Below, piece after piece: positions 29,412-39,460 of a DNA stretch of 64,000 nucleotides. How positions within the stretch are numbered: position 1 is the first letter of the stretch; every line of letters begins with the position of its first letter. The stretch comes from Chitinophagaceae bacterium (GTDB lineage Bacteria; Bacteroidota; Bacteroidia; Chitinophagales; Chitinophagaceae), in assembly GCA_947456825.1 (NCBI GenBank), contig CANGTM010000002.1, forward strand, positions 5,236-69,235, given 5' to 3'. A program made the position numbers and the translations under genes. Below the pieces are notes generated by a model. It was given only the letters and a program-made list of their open reading frames with translations. It searched no databases and had not been told where the DNA came from.

Positions 29412-29909
29412 ATGAAGTCATTACTCTCCTTGTTTAGCTTCTTGCTTGTTTGTGCCGTCCCAGTGTGGTCTCAGTCGCAGCAACCCGCAGCCGAGGACAT
29501 ACGGACCGAAAAAGCGGCTAGTCGGGGCAGCATGGTCTTTAAACCAGTTCGTAGCGGCGTAGACAATAGTGAAACTATCGAAATAGTCGGGCTTGGCACT
29601 CCTTCTTTCAAAGTAGCTAACATGGCTGATGGCACCTATGGTAGCTACGAGCACTCATTGCGCGTAAGCTATCCCTTGGTGCTCAGCGGTGGAAAAACGG
29701 GATTTGTCCTTTGTTTTTATGGAACGACCGAAAAAATCCCTTACGCTGTCGAAACAAAAGGGGGTACTACTACTTTGTTTTTTCCATTTTCTACGCACGA
29801 TCTCATCAAGGGTCGCATTGAACAGACCATTGCCACTAAAAAGAAGATCGCAGTTAAACTCACCCAGCAAGCCGATGGGTATCGCGAGGCTGTTGTGGGC
29901 GGAAATTGA
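29412..29909 (+). CDS. Hypothetical secreted protein
   Basis: Signal peptide MKSLLSLFSFLLVCAVPVWS; no recognisable motif. Confidence 0.75.
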   Translation: MKSLLSLFSFLLVCAVPVWSQSQQPAAEDIRTEKAASRGSMVFKPVRSGVDNSETIEIVGLGTPSFKVANMADGTYGSYEHSLRVSYPLVLSGGKTGFVLCFYGTTEKIPYAVETKGGTTTLFFPFSTHDLIKGRIEQTIATKKKIAVKLTQQADGYREAVVGGN

Positions 29910-30003
29910 GCACTGTTATTCTCGTTGCTCGTGGGATTATTTCATGGCCCAACCATTTTCATTGTGCTCGGTTTGGAATGCAAGCATTCTATGCTCGCCA
30001 ACT

Positions 30004-30026
30004 AAAAAATGCCCCAGGGGGGCATT
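30004..30026 (-). terminator. Intrinsic terminator downstream of tRNA-Ser
   Basis: AATGCCCC-AGG-GGGGCATT hairpin; the adjacent A6 reads as U6 on the minus strand. Confidence 0.75.
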
Positions 30027-30038
30027 CAATTTGAAGTG

Positions 30039-30123
30039 CGGAGAGAGAGGGATTCGAACCCCCGGACCTGTTACAGTCAACGGTTTTCAAGACCGCCGCA
30101 ATCGACCGCTCTGCCATCTCTCC
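30039..30123 (-). tRNA. tRNA-Ser (TGA); CCA not encoded
   Basis: Reverse complement GGAGAGATGGCAGAGCGGTCGATTGCGGCGGTCTTGAAAACCGTTGACTGTAACAGGTCCGGGGGTTCGAATCCCTCTCTCTCCG: long variable arm and TGA anticodon. Confidence 0.97.
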
Positions 30124-30195
30124 GGCGCAAATGTACGCCAATGATCTTTTCAGCCCAAATCCCGCTTAACAAAAGCTAACTTTACTATTCTTTCT

Positions 30196-32028
30196 ATGCG
30201 CGAATTGTTTTCACTGGCACCTTTTTTCTGGACGTATCGTCTTCGACTGGCGGCTGGCCTTGGATTCGTTATTCTCTCCAACTACTTTAACGTATTGTCT
30301 CCCCAGGTCACTGGATTCGTGATTGACCATGTTCAGCGGGCACTGTCGTTGCAGGGCTATCAATCTCCTGTCGTTTACGCGGGCTACGACAGGTCGGTAA
30401 AGTTGTTGATTGAATGGATCCGGCAGTGGGGTTCAGATGTGGGAACAGTGGTGGCACTGTGTGGGGCAGTGATCTTGCTGTTGGCCTTGTTGAGAGGTAT
30501 TTTTTTGTTTATGATGCGGCAAACGCTCATCGTAATGAGTCGCTATATAGAGTACGAACAAAAGAACCAGATCTTTTCGCACTACCAATTGCTTGATGCC
30601 GCTTTTTTTCGTCAGCAGCGTACGGGCGACCTCATGAACCGCATTACCGAAGATGTAAGCCGCGTCAGAATGTTTACCGGCCCTGCTGTCATGTATATGG
30701 CCAACCTGCTATCTGTTATTTCGCTGAGTTTGTATTTTATGTTCCGAAGGAACGTAGAGCTGACCATCTATGTGTTGTTGCCATTGCCAATATTGGCCAT
30801 TGCTATCTACTATATCAATAATCTGATCCACCGGCGTAGCGAACGAATTCAAGAGGCATTGTCAGATCTTACTACACATGCACAAGAGACCTACTCGGGC
30901 ATTCGGGTGGTCAAGGCCTTTGCCCAAGAGCAGGCCCTTTCGGGATTCTTTCGGCAGATCGCAGGGCGCTATAAAAAAGAGGTTTTGGGCCTGGTCAAGG
31001 TGGAGTCCCTCTATTTTCCGTCGATCAGTTTGTTGATCGGGCTTAGTACGTTGCTCACCATTATGATCGGCGGGCTGTATTACATCGATGGCTCCCATAG
31101 CATTACCCTGAGCACCATCGTGGAATTCGTCATGTATATAAACATGCTTACGTTTCCGGTCAGTGCCATTGGCCTCACCGCTAGCATGGTGCAGCGTGCC
31201 GCCGCATCACAACAACGCATCAATGAATTCTTGTCAGCACGACCGGCCGTTACCGATGCCGCCGATGCCATCTCTCATCCCCTAAAGGGAGGCATTACCT
31301 TCGATCGCGTCCATTTTACGTACGCCGATACGGGGATCAAGGCCCTCCAGGATATAAGTTTCACCATTTCACCGGGCGAAAAGGTAGCTATTGTGGGTCG
31401 CACGGGCAGCGGTAAATCCACGCTCGTTCAGTTACTGCTTCGGCAATTCGATGCTTCATCGGGTCAGATAACATTCGACAATGTCCCCTTGGAGAAGATC
31501 AACTTACATTCCCTGCGCAGTCAAATCGGCTACGTACCCCAGGATGTCTTTTTGTTTAGTGATACGGTACGCGCCAATATTGGATTTGGAAGTGAGGAGG
31601 TCGAGCTCGAAAAAATTACTGCCGCTGCTCGCCTTGCTTGCATTGAAGAGGAGATCCATCAACTTTCTGCCGGGTTCGATACGATGGTGGGAGAAAGAGG
31701 GGTAATGCTCAGTGGAGGTCAAAAACAACGGATCACCCTTGCAAGGGCCCTGTTGCGCCATCCATCCATTTTGTTATTGGATGATTGCCTGAGCGCGGTG
31801 GATGCGCGAACGGAGCAGCGGATCACCGAGGGATTGCAAGCCTTTTTGCAAAATAAAACAGCCATCATAATAACCCATCGCATTTTTAGTTTGCTGGAGT
31901 TCGACAGGGTGCTGGTACTTGAAGAGGGTAGGCTGGTAGAGTCGGGCGCGCCTGCCGCGTTGCTTCAGGCGGGCGGCTACTATGCCGATATGTACAAAAG
32001 GCAGCAGCAGCAACAAGCAGTAGTATAG
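30196..32028 (+). CDS. ABC exporter half-transporter (TMD+NBD; MdlA/YheI-like)
   Basis: TM domain, Walker A GRTGSGKST, LSGGQKQR signature and Walker B LLLDDCLSAVD. Confidence 0.93.
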   Translation: MRELFSLAPFFWTYRLRLAAGLGFVILSNYFNVLSPQVTGFVIDHVQRALSLQGYQSPVVYAGYDRSVKLLIEWIRQWGSDVGTVVALCGAVILLLALLRGIFLFMMRQTLIVMSRYIEYEQKNQIFSHYQLLDAAFFRQQRTGDLMNRITEDVSRVRMFTGPAVMYMANLLSVISLSLYFMFRRNVELTIYVLLPLPILAIAIYYINNLIHRRSERIQEALSDLTTHAQETYSGIRVVKAFAQEQALSGFFRQIAGRYKKEVLGLVKVESLYFPSISLLIGLSTLLTIMIGGLYYIDGSHSITLSTIVEFVMYINMLTFPVSAIGLTASMVQRAAASQQRINEFLSARPAVTDAADAISHPLKGGITFDRVHFTYADTGIKALQDISFTISPGEKVAIVGRTGSGKSTLVQLLLRQFDASSGQITFDNVPLEKINLHSLRSQIGYVPQDVFLFSDTVRANIGFGSEEVELEKITAAARLACIEEEIHQLSAGFDTMVGERGVMLSGGQKQRITLARALLRHPSILLLDDCLSAVDARTEQRITEGLQAFLQNKTAIIITHRIFSLLEFDRVLVLEEGRLVESGAPAALLQAGGYYADMYKRQQQQQAVV

Positions 32029-32114
32029 CACTGGCTGATTTGGTCATTTCACAAACATTTTTTTTATTTGTAGAGAGTCAATCTGTTATTAACTAACTGC
32101 TTAAAATTATTTTT

Positions 32115-32540
32115 GTGTCTTACGAGAACAACGAAAGAAAACAAGACAGTATCTACAGTAAACGAATCAGGGCCGGCAAGCGAAGAACCTACTTTTTTGA
32201 TGTGCGTTCCACCAAAGGGAACGATTACTATTTGACCATTACAGAGAGTCGTAAACGATTTGATGATAATGGGTACGACCGGCACAAGATCTTTTTGTAC
32301 AAAGAAGATTTTAACAAGTTCGTAAAAGCATTGGGCGAGGCAGTGGAATATGTAAAGACCGACCTGATGCCTGACTTTGATTTCGATGCCTTCAGCCATG
32401 AGGAGTCTGTCGAAGAGGAGGGTGGCTACCGCCATAACAACGGTAATACCGACGTACCCGTCAGCAGTTCCATGCCCCCCGAAGTGGATAATATCGATAA
32501 CAACGCCGGCCAGCCGGGGGAGGAGGTCGATAAGTGGTAA
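32115..32540 (+). CDS. DUF3276-family (PUR-domain) nucleic-acid-binding protein with an acidic tail
   Basis: IYSKRIRAGKRRTYFFDVRST...YLTITES...RHKIFLYKEDFNKF; GTG start. Confidence 0.88.
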   Translation: MSYENNERKQDSIYSKRIRAGKRRTYFFDVRSTKGNDYYLTITESRKRFDDNGYDRHKIFLYKEDFNKFVKALGEAVEYVKTDLMPDFDFDAFSHEESVEEEGGYRHNNGNTDVPVSSSMPPEVDNIDNNAGQPGEEVDKW

Positions 32541-32549
32541 TTTTAACTA

Positions 32550-32617
32550 ATTGATTATCAATAAGAAAATAGTCTGTTCTCGAGGATTTTATCGTTTTGT
32601 TAATGATAATCAAAAAT
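32550..32617. promoter_or_regulatory. Two TGATWATCA quasi-palindromic sites (one Fur-box-like) upstream of the T9SS gene
   Basis: ATTGATTATCAAT at 32550-32562; GTTAATGATAATCAAAAAT at 32599-32617 matches the Fur consensus at 14 of 19 positions. Confidence 0.45.
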
Positions 32618-32691
32618 TTCTTTTATCTTTCGACTTGAATTGTGCATACGCTTGATTAGTAGTGCACTAACAATTTTTTAAAACTGTAACT

Positions 32692-35600
32692 ATGCAACCA
32701 AACTTTACGCTTAAGCAAGTTGAGGTTTTGTTTTTGAAGCCCCTGCTTGCTTTTTGTCTTTTGATCTTGATCGGTACTTCAGCCGTTTCCCAGCAATACA
32801 CCAATGGGCCGTTGTCTACCGGTGCTTCTACCAGTAATGGTACCGCTGCTCCTGCCGGTTTTACCTGGAGCGAGGTACAAGGGGCCAACACTATTGCCGG
32901 CTTTGGTGCCAACATCACTGCCAATACCGTTGCCGATGATTTTACTGTTCCCGCCGGTCCTTCTTGGGGTATAACCAAGATCAGTTTCTTTGCGTATTCT
33001 ACAGGGTTTGCCGGCTCTACATCTCCATTCGATGATGTGAGAGTAGCCATTTACAATACCAATCCTTCTGTAGGTAACCCTACACCAATATTCGGAGACA
33101 GAACGACCAACCGTTTTGCGGCCAGCAGTTCTGCTTCTATGTATAGAATTTTCAATGCTACTCCAGGTACTACTCGTCAGATCTTTCGGGTAGAGGCTAA
33201 CGTTAGCGTTACTCTTGCTCCCGGAACGTATTGGATCGAGTGGGGAGTGGGTACTTCTCAGGCAAGTAATTTCTCACCACCCGTAACAATCGTAGGCGCT
33301 GCCGGTGCCACGGGTGCTAACGCTATTCAGCGTACTGTAACTACCGGCGCTTGGGCCGCCCTTGTGGATGGTACCACCCCTCAGGCTATGCCTTTTGTTA
33401 TTGATTATGCTACATCAGGTTGCTCCGGAACGCCTGCTCCCGGTAACACCATATCTTCTGCAGCGTCTGTTTGTCCTGGTGTCAACTTCTCTCTTTCTCT
33501 TCAGAATGCAACATCAGGAAGCGGCGTAACTTATCAGTGGCAGTCTTCAGCCGACGGTTCAACCTGGACAAATATTGCCGGAGCCAACAGCCCCGGTCTT
33601 ACCAGAAACCAAACAGCTGCTACTTTCTATCGCTGCCAGGTAACATGTTCTGGAAACACCGGCAACTCAAGTTCACTGCTCGTTGCTTTGGCGCCGACCT
33701 CTGCTTGCTATTGCACGCCCACCTATTCGTTTGGTTGCGGATTGGGTGACGCCATTACCAATGTTAGCATTCCCGGAACTACGCTGAATAACAATTCCGC
33801 TTGTTCGACACCACCTTTCACCTATTACAGCAGCCTTGCTGCACCTTCGCTTATCGCAGGTGGTTCTTATACGGTCAACGTAACCATGGGTGCCGATGCC
33901 AATCAACACGCTCGTGTTTGGTTCGACTGGAACCAAGATGGTGATTTCGCCGATGCCGGAGAAGCGGCCGGAGCCACCACAGGTACTGCTGGAGCTAACG
34001 GTACCGCTGTAATGGCGATTACTGTTCCTGCCAACGCACTTCCTGGTACTACCAGAATGCGCGTGAGAGGAGGTGATGACGTTGCCCTTGCAGCTACACA
34101 ATCTTGCGGCGCTTCTTCTAGTGGCTTTGGAGAGGCCGAGGATTATAATGTAACGATCGCACCTTGTATTCAAGGGGCATTCACTACACAGCCTGCTTCA
34201 TCTACTATCACTTGCGGTGGCAACGCCACCTTTACGGTAGCTGCCTCCGGATCGCTGCCAGTTTACTCTTGGCAGTTCCGTACCGGCCCCACTGCTATTT
34301 GGCAGGCTCTTCCCAATGGGGGTGTAGTAAGCGGTGCTACAACAGCAACTCTTACGCTGACCAACGTTCCCACCACCTGGAATGGATACGAGATCAGAGC
34401 CATGTTCAGCGGCGCTTGTACCGGTATTAACCCCAGCAATGCTGCTACGCTTACCGTCAATCCTATTCAGACGGTGGTTAGCCCTGCTTCTGCCAATATC
34501 TGCGCCGGTTCTATCCAGCGGTTGACCATCACCAACTTTGCCTCTACTTCTGCACCTGTTACGGCCAGCTTCACATCAACCGATATTCCTAAGCCAATCC
34601 CTGACAATAATACCGCAGGTGTTACCAGTGGCATCACAGTAAGTGGATTACCCGCTGGTGCTGCTACCGTTGGCTTGGCGGTTCGCTTCAGTGTTCCTAA
34701 CCATACATGGCCTGGCGACCTGGTAATTGTTTTAAGAACGCCTAATGGACAAATATTGAATTTGAACAACGAGATCTCCGGAACAGGCTATGGTCCTGGC
34801 CAAGGAATGGTCAACACTGTCATTAGTTCGGCAGGTGTTAATGCACTGTCCTCTGGCATATCTGCGGGTACCACTTTTACAGGGGTATTCAGGGCTGACC
34901 GTGGTACCGGTGCCGGTGCAGGTCCCGCCTCAATGGTGCCCACTACTGCCAACTGGGCCGATATTTATGGTCCTTCTAACGGTGTTTACACACTCGGTCT
35001 TCGCGATAAATATGCACAAGACTTTGGTACGCTTACCGCCTGGTCACTCGACGTAACATATGTGGTGCCCAGCTATGGAGAAGGTGTTTGGACCGCCGCT
35101 CCTGCTATTGCCGGAACCATGTTCCTCGATGCTGCCGGAACTATTCCTTACAACGGTACGCGTGAGGATACCATTTTTGTTCGTCCTTCAGAGAATACTA
35201 CTTACTCCGTGTTCTTTAATTCTACTATTTCTCCATGTACTTCTGCTCCTGCAACGGTTCGTGTCAATGTTGGTCAGCCTATCACTACGCTGGCTGTGCC
35301 TGCCACTGCTGCCACTTGCGTAGGAAGTGGATTTACAATGACAGGAAGCCATGCTGCCATCCCATCTACTAACGCTGCGGCCGTATATCAGTGGCAGCAA
35401 AGTGCCGATGGTGGTGTTAACTGGACCAGCATCAGTGGTGCCACTGGTATCACCTTGGCTGTTCCTTCTACTACGGCTGCCATGAACGGAATGCGCTATC
35501 GTTTGCTGGCGCAGTCTGGCGGTTGTCCTGTAGCGGTCTCCAACACTGCTGTGCTCACGGTTAACCCGCTGCCTTCCGTAACGCTGTCTGCTCCTGTTAC

Positions 35601-36084
35601 AGGGCTGACTCCTGGCAGAACGACTACCATTAATGGTACCAGCTCTCCAGCTGCCGCTGTTTGGTCTTGGACCTTGAACGGTAATGCAATTGCAGGTGCT
35701 GCAGCTACTCAGGTAGTTAACATCGATGGACTGGGCAACTACCAAGCTACTGTTCGCGATGTAAACGGATGTATCAACAGATCGAATGTGCTTACCATTT
35801 CTGGTGAAGCTTCTGATAAGCTCTTTATTTACCCCAACCCAACTGCGGGCGCCTTCCAGGTTCGCTACTATCATGCAGGTGATGCCAACGAAAAGCGTAT
35901 CATCTCTGTGTACAACCCGCTTGGTCAGTTGGTGGCCGTTAAGACCTTTGATCTTACGTACAGCTCTGCTCCTTACCTCCGTATGGATGTGGATATGAGC
36001 GGTGCTGCCCGTGGAACATATGTGGTCAAAGTGGCCCACGAGTATAGTGGCAAGATCGTATCTGGTCTGGTACTGGTACAGTAA
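32692..36084 (+). CDS. T9SS (type A CTD) secreted multidomain protein: unknown N-terminal domain, Ig-like folds, GEVED domain, proprotein-convertase P-domain
   Basis: Signal peptide; RVWFDWNQDGDF...RMRV...GEAEDY (GEVED); IPDNN...HTWPGDLVIVLRTPNG...TLTAWSL (P-domain); IYPNPT...GTYVVKV (CTD). Confidence 0.9.
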   Translation: MQPNFTLKQVEVLFLKPLLAFCLLILIGTSAVSQQYTNGPLSTGASTSNGTAAPAGFTWSEVQGANTIAGFGANITANTVADDFTVPAGPSWGITKISFFAYSTGFAGSTSPFDDVRVAIYNTNPSVGNPTPIFGDRTTNRFAASSSASMYRIFNATPGTTRQIFRVEANVSVTLAPGTYWIEWGVGTSQASNFSPPVTIVGAAGATGANAIQRTVTTGAWAALVDGTTPQAMPFVIDYATSGCSGTPAPGNTISSAASVCPGVNFSLSLQNATSGSGVTYQWQSSADGSTWTNIAGANSPGLTRNQTAATFYRCQVTCSGNTGNSSSLLVALAPTSACYCTPTYSFGCGLGDAITNVSIPGTTLNNNSACSTPPFTYYSSLAAPSLIAGGSYTVNVTMGADANQHARVWFDWNQDGDFADAGEAAGATTGTAGANGTAVMAITVPANALPGTTRMRVRGGDDVALAATQSCGASSSGFGEAEDYNVTIAPCIQGAFTTQPASSTITCGGNATFTVAASGSLPVYSWQFRTGPTAIWQALPNGGVVSGATTATLTLTNVPTTWNGYEIRAMFSGACTGINPSNAATLTVNPIQTVVSPASANICAGSIQRLTITNFASTSAPVTASFTSTDIPKPIPDNNTAGVTSGITVSGLPAGAATVGLAVRFSVPNHTWPGDLVIVLRTPNGQILNLNNEISGTGYGPGQGMVNTVISSAGVNALSSGISAGTTFTGVFRADRGTGAGAGPASMVPTTANWADIYGPSNGVYTLGLRDKYAQDFGTLTAWSLDVTYVVPSYGEGVWTAAPAIAGTMFLDAAGTIPYNGTREDTIFVRPSENTTYSVFFNSTISPCTSAPATVRVNVGQPITTLAVPATAATCVGSGFTMTGSHAAIPSTNAAAVYQWQQSADGGVNWTSISGATGITLAVPSTTAAMNGMRYRLLAQSGGCPVAVSNTAVLTVNPLPSVTLSAPVTGLTPGRTTTINGTSSPAAAVWSWTLNGNAIAGAAATQVVNIDGLGNYQATVRDVNGCINRSNVLTISGEASDKLFIYPNPTAGAFQVRYYHAGDANEKRIISVYNPLGQLVAVKTFDLTYSSAPYLRMDVDMSGAARGTYVVKVAHEYSGKIVSGLVLVQ

Positions 36085-36105
36085 TCGATATTCGACTCTC
36101 GTTAT

Positions 36106-36139
36106 AAAAAAGTCCCCGGATTATCCGGGGACTTTTTTT
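36106..36139. terminator. Bidirectional intrinsic terminator between the T9SS gene and pgi
   Basis: AAAAAA-GTCCCCGGA-TTA-TCCGGGGAC-TTTTTTT perfect hairpin. Confidence 0.93.
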
Positions 36140-36184
36140 GTGGGTCACTCGACGCTTGTAATTGACCAATGCTGGCAGGTTGTA

Positions 36185-37834
36185 TCAACGCATGGCTTTA
36201 TAGCAGTTGATCAGTCCATTGGTAGAGGAGTCATGCGAACGGACAGGGCGTTGGTCTTTAAGCTCGGGAAGTATGTTGCCGGCCAATTCTTTGCCAAGCT
36301 CTACGCCCCATTGATCGAAACTATAAATGTTCCAGATGATGCCCTGGGTAAAGATCTTATGCTCATATATAGCGATCAATTCGCCCAGGGTAAAGGGGGT
36401 CACTTTTTTGACCAATATGGTGTTGGTGGGGCGATTGCCACTAAAGATTTTGTAGGGAAGCAATTTTTTGATGCGGGCTGCCGACAGTCCTTGCTTTTGT
36501 AAGGCAGCCTTTACCTGTTGCGCTGTTTGTCCATTGAGTAAGGCCTCGGTTTGGGCAAATAGATTGCTCATTAATTTTTGGTGATGGTCACCGATCGGAT
36601 GATGCGATCGTGCGGCTCCGATAAAATCGCAAGGGATCAGCGTGGTACCCTGGTGTATCAGTTGAAAGAAGGCATGTTGCCCGTTAGTGCCGGGTTCTCC
36701 CCAAATAATGGGCCCCGTGCTATAGCGAACAGCCCGTCCGCTGCGGTCCACACTTTTTCCATTGCTCTCCATGTTGCCCTGTTGAAAATAGGCGGCAAAG
36801 CGGTGCAAGTATTGGTCGTAGGGCAAGATCGCCTCAGTGTCTGCTCCAAAGAAATTACGGTACCAAACACCGATCAGCGCCATGATCACCGAGATATTAT
36901 GCTCTAGCGGTTGGGTGCGAAATTCTTTATCGATGTGGTGAGCTCCCTTGAGCAGCTCCTCAAAATTTGTATAGCCAATAGTCAGCGCAATGGACAGGCC
37001 AATGGCACTCCACAGCGAATAGCGTCCGCCTACCCAATCCCAAAAGACGAACATATTAGCGGGGTCGATACCAAATTTTTTTACTTCGCTCTCATTCGTG
37101 CTGAGCGCCACGAAATGCTTGGCGATATGTTTCTCTTGTTTTACCGTTTTCAAAAACCACTGACGCGCAGTAAAGGCGTTGGTCATGGTCTCCTGCGTGG
37201 TAAAGGTCTTGGAGGCGATCAAAAAAAGCGTTTGCTCGGGATCTACTTTGGATAACACGGAAGCAATATGTGATCCGTCTACGTTGGAGACAAAAAAAGT
37301 CTCTATTCCCTCTTTCCAGTAGGGCCGTAGGGCTTCGGTGACCATCTGGGGGCCTAGATCGCTGCCGCCGATGCCGATATTGACAATGTATCTAATCTTT
37401 TTTCTGGTGTAGCCCCGCAGCGTACCCCCATGAATACCCGCGCAGAATTTTTTCATTTGTCGCTGCACTTTTCTGACCGCTGGCATTACATCGACACCCT
37501 GGTAAAAGACCGGATCCTTCGAAAAATTGCGGAGCGCGGTATGTAAGACCGCACGTTGCTCCGTCTCATTGATGGGTTGCCCGGTAAATTGTTGTTCTAT
37601 GGCCTCGGGCAGTTTGCATTCGCGGGCCAGGTTCAGCAAAAGCGACAGTGTCTCTTCGGTAATATGATTTTTAGAGTAATCGATGACCAGTTCTTTGGCA
37701 CAGGCCGAAAACTTCTTGAATCGATCGGGGTCTGCTGCAAAGAGTTGTTGCAGTGTAACCTTTTTTTGCCGGGCATAGTGTTGCCTCAGTTGTTTCCAGG
37801 CCTTGGTTTGGGTAGGGTTGATGGTGGCTAACAT
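36185..37834 (-). CDS. pgi: Glucose-6-phosphate isomerase
   Basis: [44 protein letters not shown] and DQWGVELGK. Start reset to ATG 37834. Confidence 0.98.
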   Translation of the reverse strand: MLATINPTQTKAWKQLRQHYARQKKVTLQQLFAADPDRFKKFSACAKELVIDYSKNHITEETLSLLLNLARECKLPEAIEQQFTGQPINETEQRAVLHTALRNFSKDPVFYQGVDVMPAVRKVQRQMKKFCAGIHGGTLRGYTRKKIRYIVNIGIGGSDLGPQMVTEALRPYWKEGIETFFVSNVDGSHIASVLSKVDPEQTLFLIASKTFTTQETMTNAFTARQWFLKTVKQEKHIAKHFVALSTNESEVKKFGIDPANMFVFWDWVGGRYSLWSAIGLSIALTIGYTNFEELLKGAHHIDKEFRTQPLEHNISVIMALIGVWYRNFFGADTEAILPYDQYLHRFAAYFQQGNMESNGKSVDRSGRAVRYSTGPIIWGEPGTNGQHAFFQLIHQGTTLIPCDFIGAARSHHPIGDHHQKLMSNLFAQTEALLNGQTAQQVKAALQKQGLSAARIKKLLPYKIFSGNRPTNTILVKKVTPFTLGELIAIYEHKIFTQGIIWNIYSFDQWGVELGKELAGNILPELKDQRPVRSHDSSTNGLINCYKAMR

Positions 37835-37838
37835 GGCA

Positions 37839-38864
37839 CTATAGCGAATTGAAAATATCGATGGTTTTTTGAATGTCTGACTCGCTGATGTCAAGATGGG
37901 TCACCAGCCGAACGCGCACGGGGCTGATGGCATATCCCAATATGCCCTTTTCTTTAAGCGTGGCAACCAGCGCGGGGGCCGACTGTCCGGGTTGTAATTC
38001 AAAGATGATGATGTTGGTCTCTACCGGCAGGAGCATTTTTACGAATGATCTATTTTGCAGACACTCGCCCAACAGACGCGCATGTAAATGATCTTGCTCC
38101 AATCTGGCAATATGATGGTCCAGGGCATAGATGCCGGCCGCTGCCAGCGAACCGGCTTGTCTCATGCCTCCCCCAAAGACCTTACGGATGCGGCGGGCTT
38201 TTTTTATGAAGGGTCTGCTTCCTAACAGCACGCTACCCACAGGGCAACCCAAACTCTTGCTCAGGCATACCGAAATACTGTCAAATGTGTTTCCGTAGCG
38301 GAGATAATCTTCTTGTTTGGCCACGATGGCATTCCAAATTCGCGCTCCGTCCAGATGCAGGGCCAATCCCTTTTCTTGACACAGATCCTTGATCGCGACG
38401 ATATCCTCAAAATCGTAGCAACAGCCACCGCCGCGGTTGCTGGTATTTTCGAGCGATACCAACCGACTTACAGGGCGGTGCACATCATCAGGTTGGATGG
38501 CTCCGCTTACTTGCGAGGCCGTAATGCGCCCTCGGTCTCCTGACAATAACTTTACGGAGGCGCCTGCATTGAACGCAATACCGCCTCCCTCATACTGATA
38601 GATATGGGAATTTTCCTCACAGATAACTTCATCGCCCGGCTGTGTATGACACTTGATCGCGATTTGGTTGGTCATGGTGCCCGAGGGACAGAACACAGCG
38701 GCTTCCATTCCGAATAATCGGGCACATTTATCCTCGAGTTGGTTAATGGAGGGATCTTCTCCGAACACATCATCGCCCAACGGAGCCGCCGCCATGGCTT
38801 CTCGCATGGCGGAAGTAGGTCGCGTAACGGTATCGGATCGGTAATCGATGAACGTAGTACTCAT
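37839..38864 (-). CDS. ltaE: Low-specificity L-threonine aldolase
   Basis: [43 protein letters not shown] and CLSKSLG (PLP lysine). Confidence 0.94.
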   Translation of the reverse strand: MSTTFIDYRSDTVTRPTSAMREAMAAAPLGDDVFGEDPSINQLEDKCARLFGMEAAVFCPSGTMTNQIAIKCHTQPGDEVICEENSHIYQYEGGGIAFNAGASVKLLSGDRGRITASQVSGAIQPDDVHRPVSRLVSLENTSNRGGGCCYDFEDIVAIKDLCQEKGLALHLDGARIWNAIVAKQEDYLRYGNTFDSISVCLSKSLGCPVGSVLLGSRPFIKKARRIRKVFGGGMRQAGSLAAAGIYALDHHIARLEQDHLHARLLGECLQNRSFVKMLLPVETNIIIFELQPGQSAPALVATLKEKGILGYAISPVRVRLVTHLDISESDIQKTIDIFNSL

Positions 38865-38936
38865 TGCTGCAAGTTAACAAGGCCTCTTCGGTTTTGGGCG
38901 TTTTTAGCCGCTATCTTTGCACAAAATAGCTATCCT

Positions 38937-39428
38937 ATGCCTTCTTTTGATATTGTCAGCAAGGTCGATGCCCAGGCCCTAGACAACACGGTCAACGTTA
39001 CACAGCGCGAGATCACCAATCGTTTCGATTTTAAAGGTTCGCATGTGCTCATCGAGCTCGACAAGAAAACGTTTCAACTCAAACTCGAGACAGATGATGA
39101 TATGAAGATGCGCCAGCTACTTGATGTGCTCATCAATCGGGCTCATAAGCAGGGGATTGCCCCGGAGGCTTTCGATACGGCCAAAGAGGGGAGCCAGCAG
39201 GGAAAGGTTTGGCGAAAAGAGGTCAAGGTCAAAAACGGGCTGGCACAAGAAGATGCCAAGAAGATCGTTAAGTTGATCAAAGATTCCGGCCTGAAAGTAC
39301 AGGCCTCCATCAATGATGATCTGGTGCGTGTTACCGGTAAAAAGATAGACGATCTCCAAGCTGTGATCCAGTGCTGTAAGACCGCTTCGGTGGGGGTACC
39401 GTTGCAATACATCAATATGCGCGATTGA
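38937..39428 (+). CDS. yajQ: YajQ-family nucleotide/c-di-GMP-binding protein
   Basis: MPSFDIVSKVD...NRFDFKGS and VQASINDDLVRVTGKKIDDLQ; TATCTTTG box at 38912-38919. Confidence 0.93.
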   Translation: MPSFDIVSKVDAQALDNTVNVTQREITNRFDFKGSHVLIELDKKTFQLKLETDDDMKMRQLLDVLINRAHKQGIAPEAFDTAKEGSQQGKVWRKEVKVKNGLAQEDAKKIVKLIKDSGLKVQASINDDLVRVTGKKIDDLQAVIQCCKTASVGVPLQYINMRD

Positions 39429-39452
39429 TTTGGTGCACAGGTTTCGTTCGCT

Positions 39453-39460
39453 TACCTTTG
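39453..39460 (+). promoter_or_regulatory. Housekeeping -7 box (TACCTTTG) for rpmE2
   Basis: Exact match; implies a 5' UTR of about 55 nt containing a hairpin. Confidence 0.7.

Noticed and set aside
29908-29997. Three TGCTCG direct repeats between the hypothetical gene and tRNA-Ser
   Set aside because: Only 6 bp long with irregular spacing (39 and 27 bp); not CRISPR-like or att-like, and probably chance or part of a weak hairpin.
29689-30144. 151-aa ORF across tRNA-Ser
   Set aside because: Antisense to the tRNA; no protein features.
35188-36039. 283-aa antisense ORF inside the T9SS gene
   Set aside because: Explained by the sense gene's codon bias; the product is an Arg/Ser-rich sequence with no motifs.
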